Below the pieces are notes generated by a model, which saw only the letters and a list, made by a program, of their open reading frames with translations, did no database searches and was not told the origin of the DNA. The translations under genes were made by a program, and so were the position numbers. A DNA stretch of 64,000 nt, taken from assembly GCA_963815115.1 (NCBI GenBank), contig CAWFFN010000009.1:1856001-1920000 (forward strand), written 5' to 3'. The stretch is from an uncultured delta proteobacterium (GTDB lineage: Bacteria; Desulfobacterota; Binatia; DP-6). This document shows positions 48,232 to 58,666 of the stretch, piece by piece; positions within the stretch are counted from its first letter, which is position 1, and every line of letters starts with the position of its first letter.

Positions 48232-50511
48232 ATGACAGCACGGAATCTTCTCTGGCTGGTGCTCGGTGCCGTCGGGGTGCCGCTCCTCATCGAGGGCAAC
48301 TACGGGTGCGGCTTTCACTCCCAGGCGTCGGCGCCGGTCGACGACAACGCCTACACCTGCGGATGCCGCTGCGATGCTGCCCCCGTCACGAAGACGGTGA
48401 CGATCGTCGCGAACACCGACGATGCCGAGCAGGACGGCGCCAACGTCCGCCTCGGGGGCAACGACCTGCACATCGGGCCCGAGATCGTCGGCCTGCGCTT
48501 CGTCAACGTCGGGCTCCCCAAGGACGCGACGATCGTGAGCGCCGCCGTGCAGTTCACGGCCAGCGCGAACGACATCGACCCGACTACCGTGGCGATCGTC
48601 GCGGAGCTCGACACCAACGCGGCGACGTTCAGCAACACCGACAACGACATCAGCAACCGGCCCCGCACCCTGGCCGCGGTGCCGTGGTCGCCCGGCCCCT
48701 GGGCCAACAACGAGACAGGACCGGCCGAGCGGACGCCCGATCTGTCCCCGCTGCTCGCGGAGCTCGTGAGCCAGGCGGGCTGGTCGGGGAATAGCCCCGT
48801 GGTGCTGCGCTTCGAGGCGGGCACCGGCCAGCGTCGAGCGGTCGCGTTCTCGGGAGATCCGAGGCATGCCGCCGTGCTCCAGGTGACGTTCACGGCGCCG
48901 CTCAGCATCGACGTGCCCGTGTGCGCGACGCCGGACATCGTGGCGCAGAACGATGACAGCGGCGTGCTCCCGCAGGCGGTGGCCGACGCGGACTGCCGCG
49001 GCCGCGTGACCGACAACCTGAAGGCGCTGGGCGGCGCTTGCGGCTATCCAACGGCGTCCTGCACCTGCGGACTCGTGATCCCGGACCAGGGCGACGCCAC
49101 CTTCGACCGCGACGTGTGCGAGGGCGCGTCCTGTGGCGCAGTTCCCGTGGACGCCACGTGCTCCAACTTCGACCCGAACGGCTTCGGGGACTGCATCCGC
49201 GGCGGCGGCACCGAGGCGAGCTGCGCGCACTTCATCGCGGCGAACAGCGCGGCGGGCAGCACGCAGGTCTGCCTCGCGACCGAGCACGACTCCCGGCATG
49301 GCGGCCCGGGTCTTCGGCAACCACAGCACCTGCGACGTCAGCGGGTCGAGCCACATCCAGGTCGGCGACCGCGAGCCGAAGCACGATCCGCACACGACCG
49401 GCACCGTGGACATCCTCGGGGACCCGTGCCCGGGCGGCGGGTGCGCCGTCGGCGCCTCCCTCGGGCTCGCGATGGCGCCGATCACGTTCTCGGTCCATTT
49501 CGCCTCCGATCCGACGTTCTTCGACCTGAGCGCGTCCGGTGACACCTCCCTCACGACGCTCAGCGGTGTCGACGCCGTCTTCGCGGAGGGCACGGTCCGT
49601 GGCACCGGGAACGGGCGGCGCGGGGACGACGGGCTCGCCGTCAATGCGCTGAACCAGGCACCGCTCACGCTCGGCATCGACTGGGCGGCGCACCGTGTGC
49701 GACCTGAACGGCAACCTCGCCTCGACCGTCGACGGCGAGAACTCCCGTCGGCACCTGCGACGGGGACCACCGCACGATATGCACGGCGGACTCGCCCGAT
49801 TGCGACGATGCGGGTGGCCCCTGCGTCTTCCCGGACCACGACGACGAGCCGATGACCGTCGACGTCGCGCTCGCCGGCTCGCTCGTGAACCAGCCGCCCA
49901 TCGCGACGGCGGGCGCGGACCAGACCGTCGAGTGCACGTCGACCGCCGGCGCGTCCTTCACGCTCAACGGCAGCGCCACCGACCCCGACCAGAACGCCAC
50001 GCTCGCCAGCTGGCGCGCGGGCAGCCGGATCGGTCCCGAGGTCGGCCAGACGCTGGTGTCCCAGCAGACGCTCGGCGTCGGGACCCAGCAGACGTATGTC
50101 CTGCGCGTCATCGACACGTTCGCCCAGGCCGACGAGGACGTGACTCACGTCGCCGTCGTCGACACGACGCCGCCGAACCTGTCGGTGAGCGTGTCTCCGG
50201 CAACCCTCCACCCCCCGAACCACAAGCTGATCCCGATCACCGCGACGATCGTGGCCACCGACACCTGCGACGCCAGCCCGCTCGTCCGCCTCGTCTCGAT
50301 CACGAGCAACGAGTCCGACAACGGCGGCGGCGACGGCAACACGACCGACGACATCCAGGGCGCGTCGTTCGGCACGGACGACCGCGAGTTCCAGCTCCGG
50401 AGCGAGCGCAGCGGCAAGGGTCAGGGACGCGTCTACACGATCACCTACTCGGCGACCGACGCGAGTGGCAACACCACGGTGCGCCAGGCGACCGTGACGG
50501 TCCCGCACTGA
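48232..50511 (+). CDS. Large secreted Cys-rich protein with C-terminal PKD/HYR-like Ig domains; frameshifted near 49290 and 49690-49750
   Basis: AGGAGG RBS; signal peptide; GLRFVNV.LP..ATI..A.VQFT domain; NQPPIATAGADQTVEC; LHPPNHKL..LRSERSG.G.GRVYTITY; split across three ORFs. Confidence 0.75.
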
Positions 50512-50519
50512 CGGAAGCA

Positions 50520-50553
50520 GGGGCGGCGGCGGCGGTTCGCCGCCGCCGCCCCG
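50520..50553. terminator. Hairpin between convergent genes
   Basis: GGGGCGGCGGCGGCG-GTT-CGCCGCCGCCGCCCC. Confidence 0.65.
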
Positions 50554-50558
50554 TCTCT

Positions 50559-51314
50559 TCACGCCGGGCGGCGAACTCGCATGAGCAGAGCGATGCCGAT
50601 GCCCGCGAGTACGATGCAGCCGTATTGCGCCATCGTGAGCCCGAGGTAGCGGGCGTCGGCGCCCGGAAGGTCGCTCTGGCGCAGGAAGTCCAGAAGGAAG
50701 CGGGCCGGCGCATACAGGAGCGCGAGGACCGCGACGCTGGTGCCGGGCGGCCGGGGGCGGCGATTGAGAACGGCGACGGCCGGCACCAGGACGACGACCG
50801 TATAGAGGAGCTCGTAGAGTCCGAGGTCGTGGCGGGGGCCGTCGGGAAAACGGACCGCGAGCAGGAACTCGCTCGGTCTCCCGACGTGGTCGTGCACGAG
50901 CGTGCAGCCGAGCCGGCCGAAGACCCATCCGACGACGAGGCTCTGCGCGAGGAGGTCGGCCATCGGCAGCCACGAGCGCCGCGCGCGGCCGTAGTAGAGG
51001 GTGAGGCCGAGCAACGCCCCGGCGAGGCCACCGAACGAGCTCATCCCGTTCCAGAACTCGAGCAGCACCCGCGGGCGCCAGCCGCCGGTTCCTCCTGCCT
51101 GCAGCAGGGCGACCAGGTGCGACAGGACCAGCCCCGGCACGACCGCGCTCAGGATCGCGGCGGGGATCTCGCGTTCGGAAACGCGCATCCGGCGCGCGTG
51201 CCGTTCCGCGAACCACGCGCCGGCGAAGATGCCGAGCGCGACGAGGGTTCCGAAGGCGGAGAGCGAGCGGCCTCCGCCGAGCGGGATCTCGCGGAGCTCG
51301 AAGTAGGGGATCAT
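50559..51314 (-). CDS. lgt: Prolipoprotein diacylglyceryl transferase
   Basis: MIPY start; GMSSFGGLAG, FGRLGCTLVHDH.G, RHDLGLYE and RFLLDFLR..RYLGLT.AQY motifs. Confidence 0.85.
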   Translation of the reverse strand: MIPYFELREIPLGGGRSLSAFGTLVALGIFAGAWFAERHARRMRVSEREIPAAILSAVVPGLVLSHLVALLQAGGTGGWRPRVLLEFWNGMSSFGGLAGALLGLTLYYGRARRSWLPMADLLAQSLVVGWVFGRLGCTLVHDHVGRPSEFLLAVRFPDGPRHDLGLYELLYTVVVLVPAVAVLNRRPRPPGTSVAVLALLYAPARFLLDFLRQSDLPGADARYLGLTMAQYGCIVLAGIGIALLMRVRRPA

Positions 51315-51422
51315 GCGGCGAGAGGCAGGGCGCCGAACCATGCCCGGAAGTCTGCTAGCCCGGGCCGAAGCACTTTTAAAGCCAGCAGGAACGCGGCCAC
51401 TGCGCCCCAACCACGAGTTTCC

Positions 51423-51479
51423 GCAGGCGTTTCGCCGTGCTCTGCCTCGACAACGGTTGTCGCCGTGGGCGCGTATCAA
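51423..51479 (+). promoter_or_regulatory. Putative WYL-regulated promoter/operator, copy 2
   Basis: GCAGGCGTTTCGCCGTGC-N7-CGACAACGGTTGTCGC-N10-TATCAA; palindrome at 51448-51462. Confidence 0.75.
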
Positions 51480-51505
51480 TGGGATCAAGGAGGAACCTTC
51501 CATTG

Positions 51506-51829
51506 ATGTCGTGCGACGCCTTCATCGACCTGCTCCTCGAGCACTGGCCCCGGATCGCTTCCGTGGCGTGGGACGGCTGGCTGGTCCACGGCCGCGGCAC
51601 GGTGACGATCGAGGACGGGATCGTCCCCCTGGTCCTGGCCTACCGGCCGGGTGCTCCCTGCCCGTGCTGTGCCGGGGCGGTCGAAACCTACGATCCGGAG
51701 ACGCAGGCCGTGGTGGCCGTTCTGCGCGACGGCGGACGGGTCGGCTGGCTCCAGACGCTCGGCGGGGAGCCCACGCCCGCGGCGTCGGAAGCCTTCCCGC
51801 CGGCGGCCGGCGAGGTGACGGTGCACTGA
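51506..51829 (+). CDS. Small hypothetical protein coupled to DUF2779
   Basis: AAGGAGG RBS; 107 aa; HGRG.V, CPCC and V.TYDPE.Q.VV; TGATG overlap with the next gene. Confidence 0.65.
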   Translation: MSCDAFIDLLLEHWPRIASVAWDGWLVHGRGTVTIEDGIVPLVLAYRPGAPCPCCAGAVETYDPETQAVVAVLRDGGRVGWLQTLGGEPTPAASEAFPPAAGEVTVH

Positions 51830-53358
51830 TGCCGGCGACGTTGAGCAAGTCGAAGTATGTCGCAGGCCTCCAGTGCCCGCGCCGTCTCTGGCTCTCCCGC
51901 CACGCGCCGGAGCTCGGCACGCCTCCGACGGCGAGCCTCCTCGCCGTCTTCGACCAGGGCGCCGAGATCGGCCGGCGCGCGCGGGAACTGATCGCCGATG
52001 GCGTACTGGTCGACGAGGAAGCCTGGGAGCACGGCCAGGCGATGGCCCGCACCCGCCAGCTGATGGCCGACCACAACGTCGGCGCCATCTTCGAGGCCGC
52101 GTTCGAGCATGCCGGGGTGCGGGTCCGCGTCGATGTCCTCGAGCGCCTCGGCCCGCGAAGCTGGGGGATGCGCGAGGTGAAGCAGGGCTCGTCGGTAAAG
52201 GACCACTACCTGGACGACGCGGCGGTGCAGCGCTTCGTCGTCGAGGGGGCAGGGGTGCGACTGCGCTCGGTCGAGATCATGCACGTCTGTCGCGACTACG
52301 TCCGCGGCGACGACGGCATCGACTGGCGGCGGTTCTTCCGGTGCGCCGATGTGGCCGCGGAGACGGCGTCACTGCTTCCCGACGTACCGGCGCGGGTGCG
52401 GGACCTCCTGCGAGTGCTCCGGAAGCGCAGCGCGCCCGAGGTGGAGCCCTCGCCGCACTGCTCGGACCCGTACAAGTGCGAGTTCTGGGCTCACTGCACG
52501 GCCGCCAAGCCGGTCGACTGGGTCGTCGGCGGCCTACCCGGGCTGAATCGCGAGCGCCTCGAGGGGCTCCGTGCCGCCGGCGTCGAGCGCATCGGCGACA
52601 TTCCCGAGGAGTTCCGGCTCGGACCGGCCCAGGCTCGCACGCGCGCCGCCTGGCTGGCCGGCGGCCTCTACCTGGAGCCGGGGCTCGCGGCCGCGCTCCG
52701 GCGGACCGGGCCGCCCGCAGACTATCTCGACTTCGAGACCGCGTTCCCCGCGATCCCGCTCTACGCCGGCCTGCGGCCGTACGACCAGGTCCCGTTCCAG
52801 TGGTCGCTACACCGCGTGGACACGACCGGTCGCGTGCTGCACCGCGAGTTCCTGGCCGGTGGCCGCACGGATCCGCGGCCGGAGTTCGCGCGCACGCTGC
52901 TGGCTGCGCTCCGCCACCGTCGCGCGCCGATCCTCGTGTGGTCGGGCTTCGAGTCCAACCGGCTGGCAGATCTCGCCGCGACGCTGCCCGAGCATGCCGC
53001 CGATCTCGCCGCCGTACGGTCGCGGCTGGTCGACCTGCTTCCCATCGTGCGCGGGCACGTCGCCCACCCGGAGTTCGGCGGGTCGTTCGGGCTCAAGCAG
53101 GTGGCGCCCGTGCTCGCGCCATCGATCGGCTATGACGACCTCGGCGGCGTGAGCGACGGCGGCGAGGCATCGTCGGCGCTGGTCAGCCTCGCGCTGGGGG
53201 CGTCCGAGTCGGAAGAGGAAGAGGTTGCGCTGCGCCACGCGCTCCTCGAGTACTGCCGGCGAGACACGCTCGCGCTGGTGGAGGTGCATCGCGCGCTGGG
53301 GCGGCTGCGGCCGGGGCCCACGCAGGGCGTGATCAAGGGCACGGCCTTGGATGGGTAG
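51829..53358 (+). CDS. DUF2779 protein (Cas4/RecB-like PD-(D/E)xK N-terminus and RNase H-like C-terminus)
   Basis: LSKSKYVAGLQCPRRLWL; FEAAF..RVDVL..EVKQ; HC..PYKCEF..HC; YLDFET..PY.QVPFQWSLH; GSFGLK.V.P; YC.RDT. Confidence 0.87.
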   Translation: MPATLSKSKYVAGLQCPRRLWLSRHAPELGTPPTASLLAVFDQGAEIGRRARELIADGVLVDEEAWEHGQAMARTRQLMADHNVGAIFEAAFEHAGVRVRVDVLERLGPRSWGMREVKQGSSVKDHYLDDAAVQRFVVEGAGVRLRSVEIMHVCRDYVRGDDGIDWRRFFRCADVAAETASLLPDVPARVRDLLRVLRKRSAPEVEPSPHCSDPYKCEFWAHCTAAKPVDWVVGGLPGLNRERLEGLRAAGVERIGDIPEEFRLGPAQARTRAAWLAGGLYLEPGLAAALRRTGPPADYLDFETAFPAIPLYAGLRPYDQVPFQWSLHRVDTTGRVLHREFLAGGRTDPRPEFARTLLAALRHRRAPILVWSGFESNRLADLAATLPEHAADLAAVRSRLVDLLPIVRGHVAHPEFGGSFGLKQVAPVLAPSIGYDDLGGVSDGGEASSALVSLALGASESEEEEVALRHALLEYCRRDTLALVEVHRALGRLRPGPTQGVIKGTALDG

Positions 53359-53386
53359 CCTTGTGCAAACCCAGGTCGCTGATCAT

Positions 53387-53824
53387 TCATTGCTCTGGGC
53401 GGGCGAGAAACTCCGTGAGACCGTCCTGTTCGATCACCTGAGTCACAGACTCCAGGTCCATGACCCATGGCAACGCCGACCTGCACCAGTATTGCCGACG
53501 CGGCGGCAGCTGAGCTCGCTGTCGTATCGTTCCGAGCCGAAGCACAAAGAAGGGGGGAGCTGCCGGCACCGCGGAGTAGATCGGCGTTCCGCATTCGGGG
53601 CAGAACGCCTGAGCGCGCTCGCGGCCGCTGGCAGCACGTTTGATGTAGACCTTGGGTTCGCCGGTACGTAGCTCGAACAGGTCCTTCGCCGCCGGCACAA
53701 ACGTACGAAACGCGCTTCCGGACAACGCTTGGCAATCTGTGCAATGGCAAATCGCCACGGTTCCGGGATCCACGCTCGCCTCGTAGGTGATGTAGCCGCA
53801 GTGACACGCGCCTTCGATCTTCAT
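53387..53824 (-). CDS. GFA family protein (glutathione-dependent formaldehyde-activating)
   Basis: GACHCG, CHCTDCQ and FCPECGT motifs. Confidence 0.92.
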   Translation of the reverse strand: MKIEGACHCGYITYEASVDPGTVAICHCTDCQALSGSAFRTFVPAAKDLFELRTGEPKVYIKRAASGRERAQAFCPECGTPIYSAVPAAPPFFVLRLGTIRQRAQLPPRRQYWCRSALPWVMDLESVTQVIEQDGLTEFLARPEQ

Positions 53825-53888
53825 GGTTGCTCCTGCAGGCATCGTCCGGCGGCCTAACGCCCATCGAAGGCTCGCCGTTACCGTCATC

Positions 53889-54360
53889 TCACGGTTGTCC
53901 GGCGGTTGACCACGCCCCGATCTCCGAGCGGCCGATGATCACGCTGCCGTTCGCGTTCACCTCCCGGCGCAAGCGCTCGGTCAAGGTTGTCGCCTCGACC
54001 TCCGCGGCCGTGGCGACACCCAGCTGCTCCATCGCCGGCAGCAGACTGCGAATGAGCTCGGTGAAGGCCTCCAACCAATCCATACACCCCGCGCCGCCGC
54101 CGATGCATGTCTGCATTCGCATGGACGGCGCCGGCAGGCCCGCATCGACGAACGCCCGATGCAGCCGAACGCCCATGCCCGTGTCGGGGGTGCCAGACAG
54201 ACGGAGCGTCTCGGCGAACCACTGGCGGCAGCGCTCGTAGGTCGGCGCCGGCGGAACCGATCGCGTGTAGTCCCACTCCGGTTCATGGAAGACGATCGTG
54301 CCACCTGGGCGCAGGTGCCGCGCAAGCTTGCGCACCATCGCCGCGGGGTCGGCTTGAAAA
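53889..54360 (-). pseudogene. C-terminal fragment of a class I SAM methyltransferase
   Basis: QADPAAMVRKLARHLRPGGTIVFHE..MG.RL..AF.DAGL; no upstream SAM-binding motif or plausible start. Confidence 0.65.
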
Positions 54361-54617
54361 GGTCCCTTTCCTATACACCGGCGAATTCCCCGAAGTGCCT
54401 CGAGTGCGACGAAATTCGGCCGCGGCCGATTCTCCTCGAGCAGCCTACGCCCGCGATCAGCGGCCCGCGAAACAGGGCGCGAAGCCCGCAGCGAGGCGGT
54501 CCGCCGCATCGCGTTGTTGGGCGCCGCATGGCAAGACTGGCATCCGAATTTGGCAGGCGCGGAGGCGCGGTGTGCTGCTGCATTTCGGGCCGGGCTTTGC
54601 CGATTTTCCGGCGTCGC

Positions 54618-55001
54618 TCAGGTGAAATCGTCGGGCGACAGCTCAATTGGCCTGCCGTGCGGCGTGCGGCCGGCGGCGCGGTCCCAGGCGTCGCGGTAGC
54701 GCGCTAGCGTCTCTCCGCTCACGACTCCCTTCTCCGCCACCAGGCGTTCGAGGGTAGCGAGCCAGTGCCGGTAGTAGGTCTCGCCGATATCCGGATCGCC
54801 GGCAGCCTGCGCACGCTTGATCTCGTCTGCCAGGGTCGCTGCCCACTCGCTCCACGTGAAGAGGCCACGCTGATGCAGAGTCAGCGCCATGGCGAAGGCC
54901 TGCGCCTCCCACGGCTCGCGGAACACCGGCCCCTGCTCGTCGCGCGGGATGCTGGGGACGGCCTCGGTGGCGCGGCGCGCCGCGGCCGGATCGAGCGTCA
55001 T
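54618..55001 (-). CDS. Nitrile hydratase accessory (activator) protein
   Basis: GPVFREPWEAQAFAM..GLFTWSEW..YYRHWLATLE..TPHG; follows the beta subunit gene. Confidence 0.9.
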   Translation of the reverse strand: MTLDPAAARRATEAVPSIPRDEQGPVFREPWEAQAFAMALTLHQRGLFTWSEWAATLADEIKRAQAAGDPDIGETYYRHWLATLERLVAEKGVVSGETLARYRDAWDRAAGRTPHGRPIELSPDDFT

Positions 55002-55002
55002 G

Positions 55003-55659
55003 TCAGGTTAGCTCCAGGTACGGCTCGAAGGCCTCGACCGATACCGTAAGGGTCGGGTCGGCATTCGCCCCCCAGAGCTGGCGGCCGTCGAACACCACGG
55101 TGTAGAGCCACTGTGGATTCTCGCCCCCGCCGGTCGTGACGGAGTCAGGGAAAACATGGCAACCGCGGATCGCCTCGATCACCCCTTCACGGCCACGCGC
55201 GTAGCGCGGCAGGCGCGTGTGGCTCGGCGGGTTGATGTTCTTCGTGCGCACCCGGTCGCCCGGCTTGAACCGGGCCTGCTGGCCGGGCGGGCGGCTGAAG
55301 GAGCCGCGCGTGAACGCGTGGCCGATATCGTTCTTCGTCATGACCCGCTCGACGCGCTTGCCCGGACGGAGGGCGTGGCCTGCGGCGATCTCATCGGCAT
55401 CGATCAGCCCTTGCTCGAGGGCGTTGCGCTCCATTCCCAGGGCCCACCGATGATAGTAGGTCGCCGAGAGGTAGACGCCGGCGGGCAGCCGTTCCTGCGC
55501 GTCGCGCGACATGTCGATGTTCCACGCGCGCGTGAACCTCATGGCCCGCTGCATGGCCAGCACGCGCCCCTCCCAGGGGGCGTGGAACGGGGGCTCGTTC
55601 GGGTCGGGCTCGACCTTGCCGAACCCGTGCATGCCCCCCACGTCGTGCACGCCGTTCAC
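55003..55659 (-). CDS. nthB: Nitrile hydratase beta subunit
   Basis: GTG start [13 protein letters not shown]; FHAPWEGR; [10 protein letters not shown]; HVFPDS; LYTVVF..LWG; FEPYLE. Confidence 0.93.
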   Translation of the reverse strand: MNGVHDVGGMHGFGKVEPDPNEPPFHAPWEGRVLAMQRAMRFTRAWNIDMSRDAQERLPAGVYLSATYYHRWALGMERNALEQGLIDADEIAAGHALRPGKRVERVMTKNDIGHAFTRGSFSRPPGQQARFKPGDRVRTKNINPPSHTRLPRYARGREGVIEAIRGCHVFPDSVTTGGGENPQWLYTVVFDGRQLWGANADPTLTVSVEAFEPYLELT

Positions 55660-56276
55660 GACGAGATCTCCCCGGGCCGCCTGGGCAGACCGGTGCCGAT
55701 CATGCAGTCGCGAGTGACGAGGGAGGCCAGGCGCTCCTCGCTCCAACCCTCGGTGCCGGCCGGGCGCAGCGGCACCACGATGAAGCGGGTCTCGGCGGTC
55801 GAGTCCCACACGCGGATATCGGTGTTCGCCGGCAGCGTGACGCCGAAGTCGGCGAGCACGCCGCGCGGGTCCATGACGGCGCGCGAGCGGTAGGGCGCCG
55901 ACTTGTACCAGACCGGGGGCAGGCCGAGCACCTCCCACGGGTAGCAGGAGCACAGCGTGCAGACGACCATGTTATAGCGCCCGGGCGTGTTCTCGACCGC
56001 GATCAGGTGGTCGCCCACGCGTCCGAATACGCCGAGCGCAGCGATCGCCCTCGTCGCATCCGCCAGCAGCGCGACCTTGAACTCGGGATCGACCCAGGCC
56101 CTAGCGATGACGCGAGCCCCGATGTGGGGGCCAGTCTTGGTCTGGTAGTGCTCGACGATGAGGTCGAGGACGGCCGGATCGACGTAGCCCTTCTCGGTCA
56201 GGATGGTCTCCAGGGCGCGCACCCGGAGCTCCGTCTCCGACAGCTCGGAGCCGTGGTCGTAGTCGGCCGTGCTCAT
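55656..56276 (-). CDS. nthA: Cobalt-type nitrile hydratase alpha subunit
   Basis: [10 protein letters not shown] (Co-type signature); [14 protein letters not shown]; VWDSTAE. Confidence 0.95.
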   Translation of the reverse strand: MSTADYDHGSELSETELRVRALETILTEKGYVDPAVLDLIVEHYQTKTGPHIGARVIARAWVDPEFKVALLADATRAIAALGVFGRVGDHLIAVENTPGRYNMVVCTLCSCYPWEVLGLPPVWYKSAPYRSRAVMDPRGVLADFGVTLPANTDIRVWDSTAETRFIVVPLRPAGTEGWSEERLASLVTRDCMIGTGLPRRPGEISS

Positions 56277-56480
56277 GGACGAAATCTAGCTCAGCCGTCC
56301 GCCCAAGTGTAGTCGCTCGACTCCGCGATGGTGTCGCCGCTGCCGGATGTGGCAAGTGTGCGTTCCCGACGCATTGCCCGCCAGGCTCACCTCCGCTTGG
56401 TGATCAGTCGCCGGCGAGCGCGACGGAGGTACCACGACGTGGACGGCGTGCTGCGCGTCCAGGACCTGGTGGTAGAGGTG

Positions 56481-58397
56481 TCACGACGCGTCCGCGGCCG
56501 CTCTCCCGGAACTCTCCCGACGCTGCGCCAGCAGCGAGCGCGTCTTGAAGGCCTCCGGGGTGAGGCCGATGTCCATGGCGCCCGCCTCGAGCCACACCTG
56601 CTCGCCCTGCATCACGCTCGCCGCGACGCGGTTCTTGCCGGCGTCCTCGTTGCTCCAGAGATCGCGGAACAGCCTGCGGACCTTGCGGCTGGCCGTGCGG
56701 CAGAAGAGGTCGGCCAGCTCGAGCGCTCCCTCCGCATCGGGGTCGCGGGCATCGAGCATCTGGCGCGTCCGCGAGATCGTCGCTGCCATCGCGAAGAGCT
56801 CCATCACCACGTCCACGCAGCGGAAGAGGAACCCCTGCTTCCGCTCCATCTTCGCCTGGTAGACGGCCATGCCGTGGAAGCTCTCGCGGGCGAGCTTGCG
56901 GCAGCTCTGCTCGACGAAGCGGAGATGCGGCGCGAGCCGCCCCCAGTCGCGATAGCGCGAGTGTGCGGTGAGCCCCTTCAGCCACAGCGGGGGGTACCAC
57001 CGCGCGTAGTGGCCGAGGATGCCGGGGAGCGCGGCCAGCATCTCGCGCCTGCCCTTGCTCGGGTCGATCATCGTCCCCGCGACCTGGAGGTGCTTGTCGA
57101 CCGCCTCCCGCGCCATGAAGAGATGCATGATCTCGCTCGAACCCTCGAAGATCAGGTTGATGCGCACGTCTCGCATGACCCGCTCGACGGGAATCGGGAA
57201 CTCGCCGCGCGCCGCGAGGGAGCGCTCGGTCTCGTAGCCGCGGCCACCCCGGATCTGCAGGGTGGTGTCGATCATCTCCCAGGCGCGGACGGTGTTCCAC
57301 TCCTTGGCCGCCGCGGCCTCGAGCCGGATGTCGTAGCCGCCGCGATCCGCCATCGCGCTCGCGAGCTTCGAGACCGAGTCCATCGCGAAGGTGGTCGCGG
57401 CCATGTCGGCGATGTGGTGCGCGATGGCCTCGTGCTTCCAGATCGGCACGCCCCACTGCTTGCGCTCGTTCGACCAGCCGCGGCAGATCTCGAGACACTG
57501 CTTGGCGACGCCGGCGCACGTGGCGGGCAGGGTCAGACGTCCCGTGTTGAGCGTGACGAGCGCGATCTTGAGGCCCTTGCCCTCCTCGCCGATCAGGTTC
57601 ATGCGCGGCACGCGCACGTCCTGGAAGCTGATGACGCCATTGGCGAGCGCCTTGAGACCCATGAAGCGGCAGCGGTGCTCGACCTTCACGCCCGGCCAGT
57701 CGGTCTCAACGACGAAGCAGCTGATCTTCTTCGTCTTGGGGTCGCGCGCCATCACGACGAGCAGCTCGGCCAACGTGCCGTTCGTGCACCAGAGCTTCTC
57801 ACCGTTCAGGACGAAGGTGTCCCCGTCGCGTTCCGCGGTGGTCGAGAGGCTCGCGGGATCCGAGCCGACGTGCGGCTCGGTGAGTGCGAACGCCGAGATG
57901 GCACCCGCCGCGCAACGCGGCAGGTACTTCCGTTTCTGCGCGTCGGTGCCGAAGAGCTTGAGCGGCTGGGGGACGCCGATCGACTGGTGCGCGGAGAGCA
58001 GCGCGCTGATGTTCGAATCGTAGCTCCCCACCATCTGCATGATGGTCGTGTACTCGCTCACGCTGAACCCGAGGCCGCCGTACTCCCTGGGGATCTTGAT
58101 CCCGAAGGCGCCGAGCCGACGGAGGCCGTCCACGACCTCCGAGGGGTACTCGCCGGTCTCATCGATCGCGACGGGGTCGACCTTCTCCCGGAGGAATCGC
58201 CGGAGCTCGTCGTAGAACGTCCTGAACTCGGGCCGCTCTTCCGCGGTCGCCGGGAAGGGATGGACGTGGTCGAGGAGGAAGTTCCCGAGGAACAGCTCGC
58301 GGAGAAACGTTCGCCCCGACCACTCCTTCTCGCGGGACTCCTCCGCGATCTTGCGGGATTCCTGCTCGCTGGTGGCTCGTGCCTCGGCGGTAGTCAC
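56481..58397 (-). CDS. Acyl-CoA dehydrogenase (long, FadE10/VLCAD-like)
   Basis: GAGGAGG RBS with GTG; AFALTEPHVGSD, LNGEKLWCTNG, QIRGGRGYE and INLIFEGSSEI motifs. Confidence 0.92.
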   Translation of the reverse strand: MTTAEARATSEQESRKIAEESREKEWSGRTFLRELFLGNFLLDHVHPFPATAEERPEFRTFYDELRRFLREKVDPVAIDETGEYPSEVVDGLRRLGAFGIKIPREYGGLGFSVSEYTTIMQMVGSYDSNISALLSAHQSIGVPQPLKLFGTDAQKRKYLPRCAAGAISAFALTEPHVGSDPASLSTTAERDGDTFVLNGEKLWCTNGTLAELLVVMARDPKTKKISCFVVETDWPGVKVEHRCRFMGLKALANGVISFQDVRVPRMNLIGEEGKGLKIALVTLNTGRLTLPATCAGVAKQCLEICRGWSNERKQWGVPIWKHEAIAHHIADMAATTFAMDSVSKLASAMADRGGYDIRLEAAAAKEWNTVRAWEMIDTTLQIRGGRGYETERSLAARGEFPIPVERVMRDVRINLIFEGSSEIMHLFMAREAVDKHLQVAGTMIDPSKGRREMLAALPGILGHYARWYPPLWLKGLTAHSRYRDWGRLAPHLRFVEQSCRKLARESFHGMAVYQAKMERKQGFLFRCVDVVMELFAMAATISRTRQMLDARDPDAEGALELADLFCRTASRKVRRLFRDLWSNEDAGKNRVAASVMQGEQVWLEAGAMDIGLTPEAFKTRSLLAQRRESSGRAAADAS

Positions 58398-58666
58398 GGC
58401 GGGTACCTCCTCGTCGGGTTTCGGCTGGTCGTCGCGTCGGTCCGGCGCCGGCATCTTAGCGTCACTGCCACGCGCGAGGGTACCGTGCCCCAGCGGCTCT
58501 TTCGTAGCCCACAAGCATTGCTCCTTCGGCGTCTCCCACGCCCACCATCCGAGAGGTCCAGACGTCGCGTGTTCTGCAGGCGCTCCCCGGCGAGCGCGCG
58601 CTGGAAGAGCTCGTCCGGCGCCTCCGACGGCGCTGCGGTCGGGGGAGGCACGCGGACCCGGGCGCC

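Noticed and set aside
51829-53358. Cas4 gene indicating a CRISPR-Cas locus
   Set aside because: There is no array, cas1 or cas2 in the window; the architecture fits a stand-alone DUF2779 protein.
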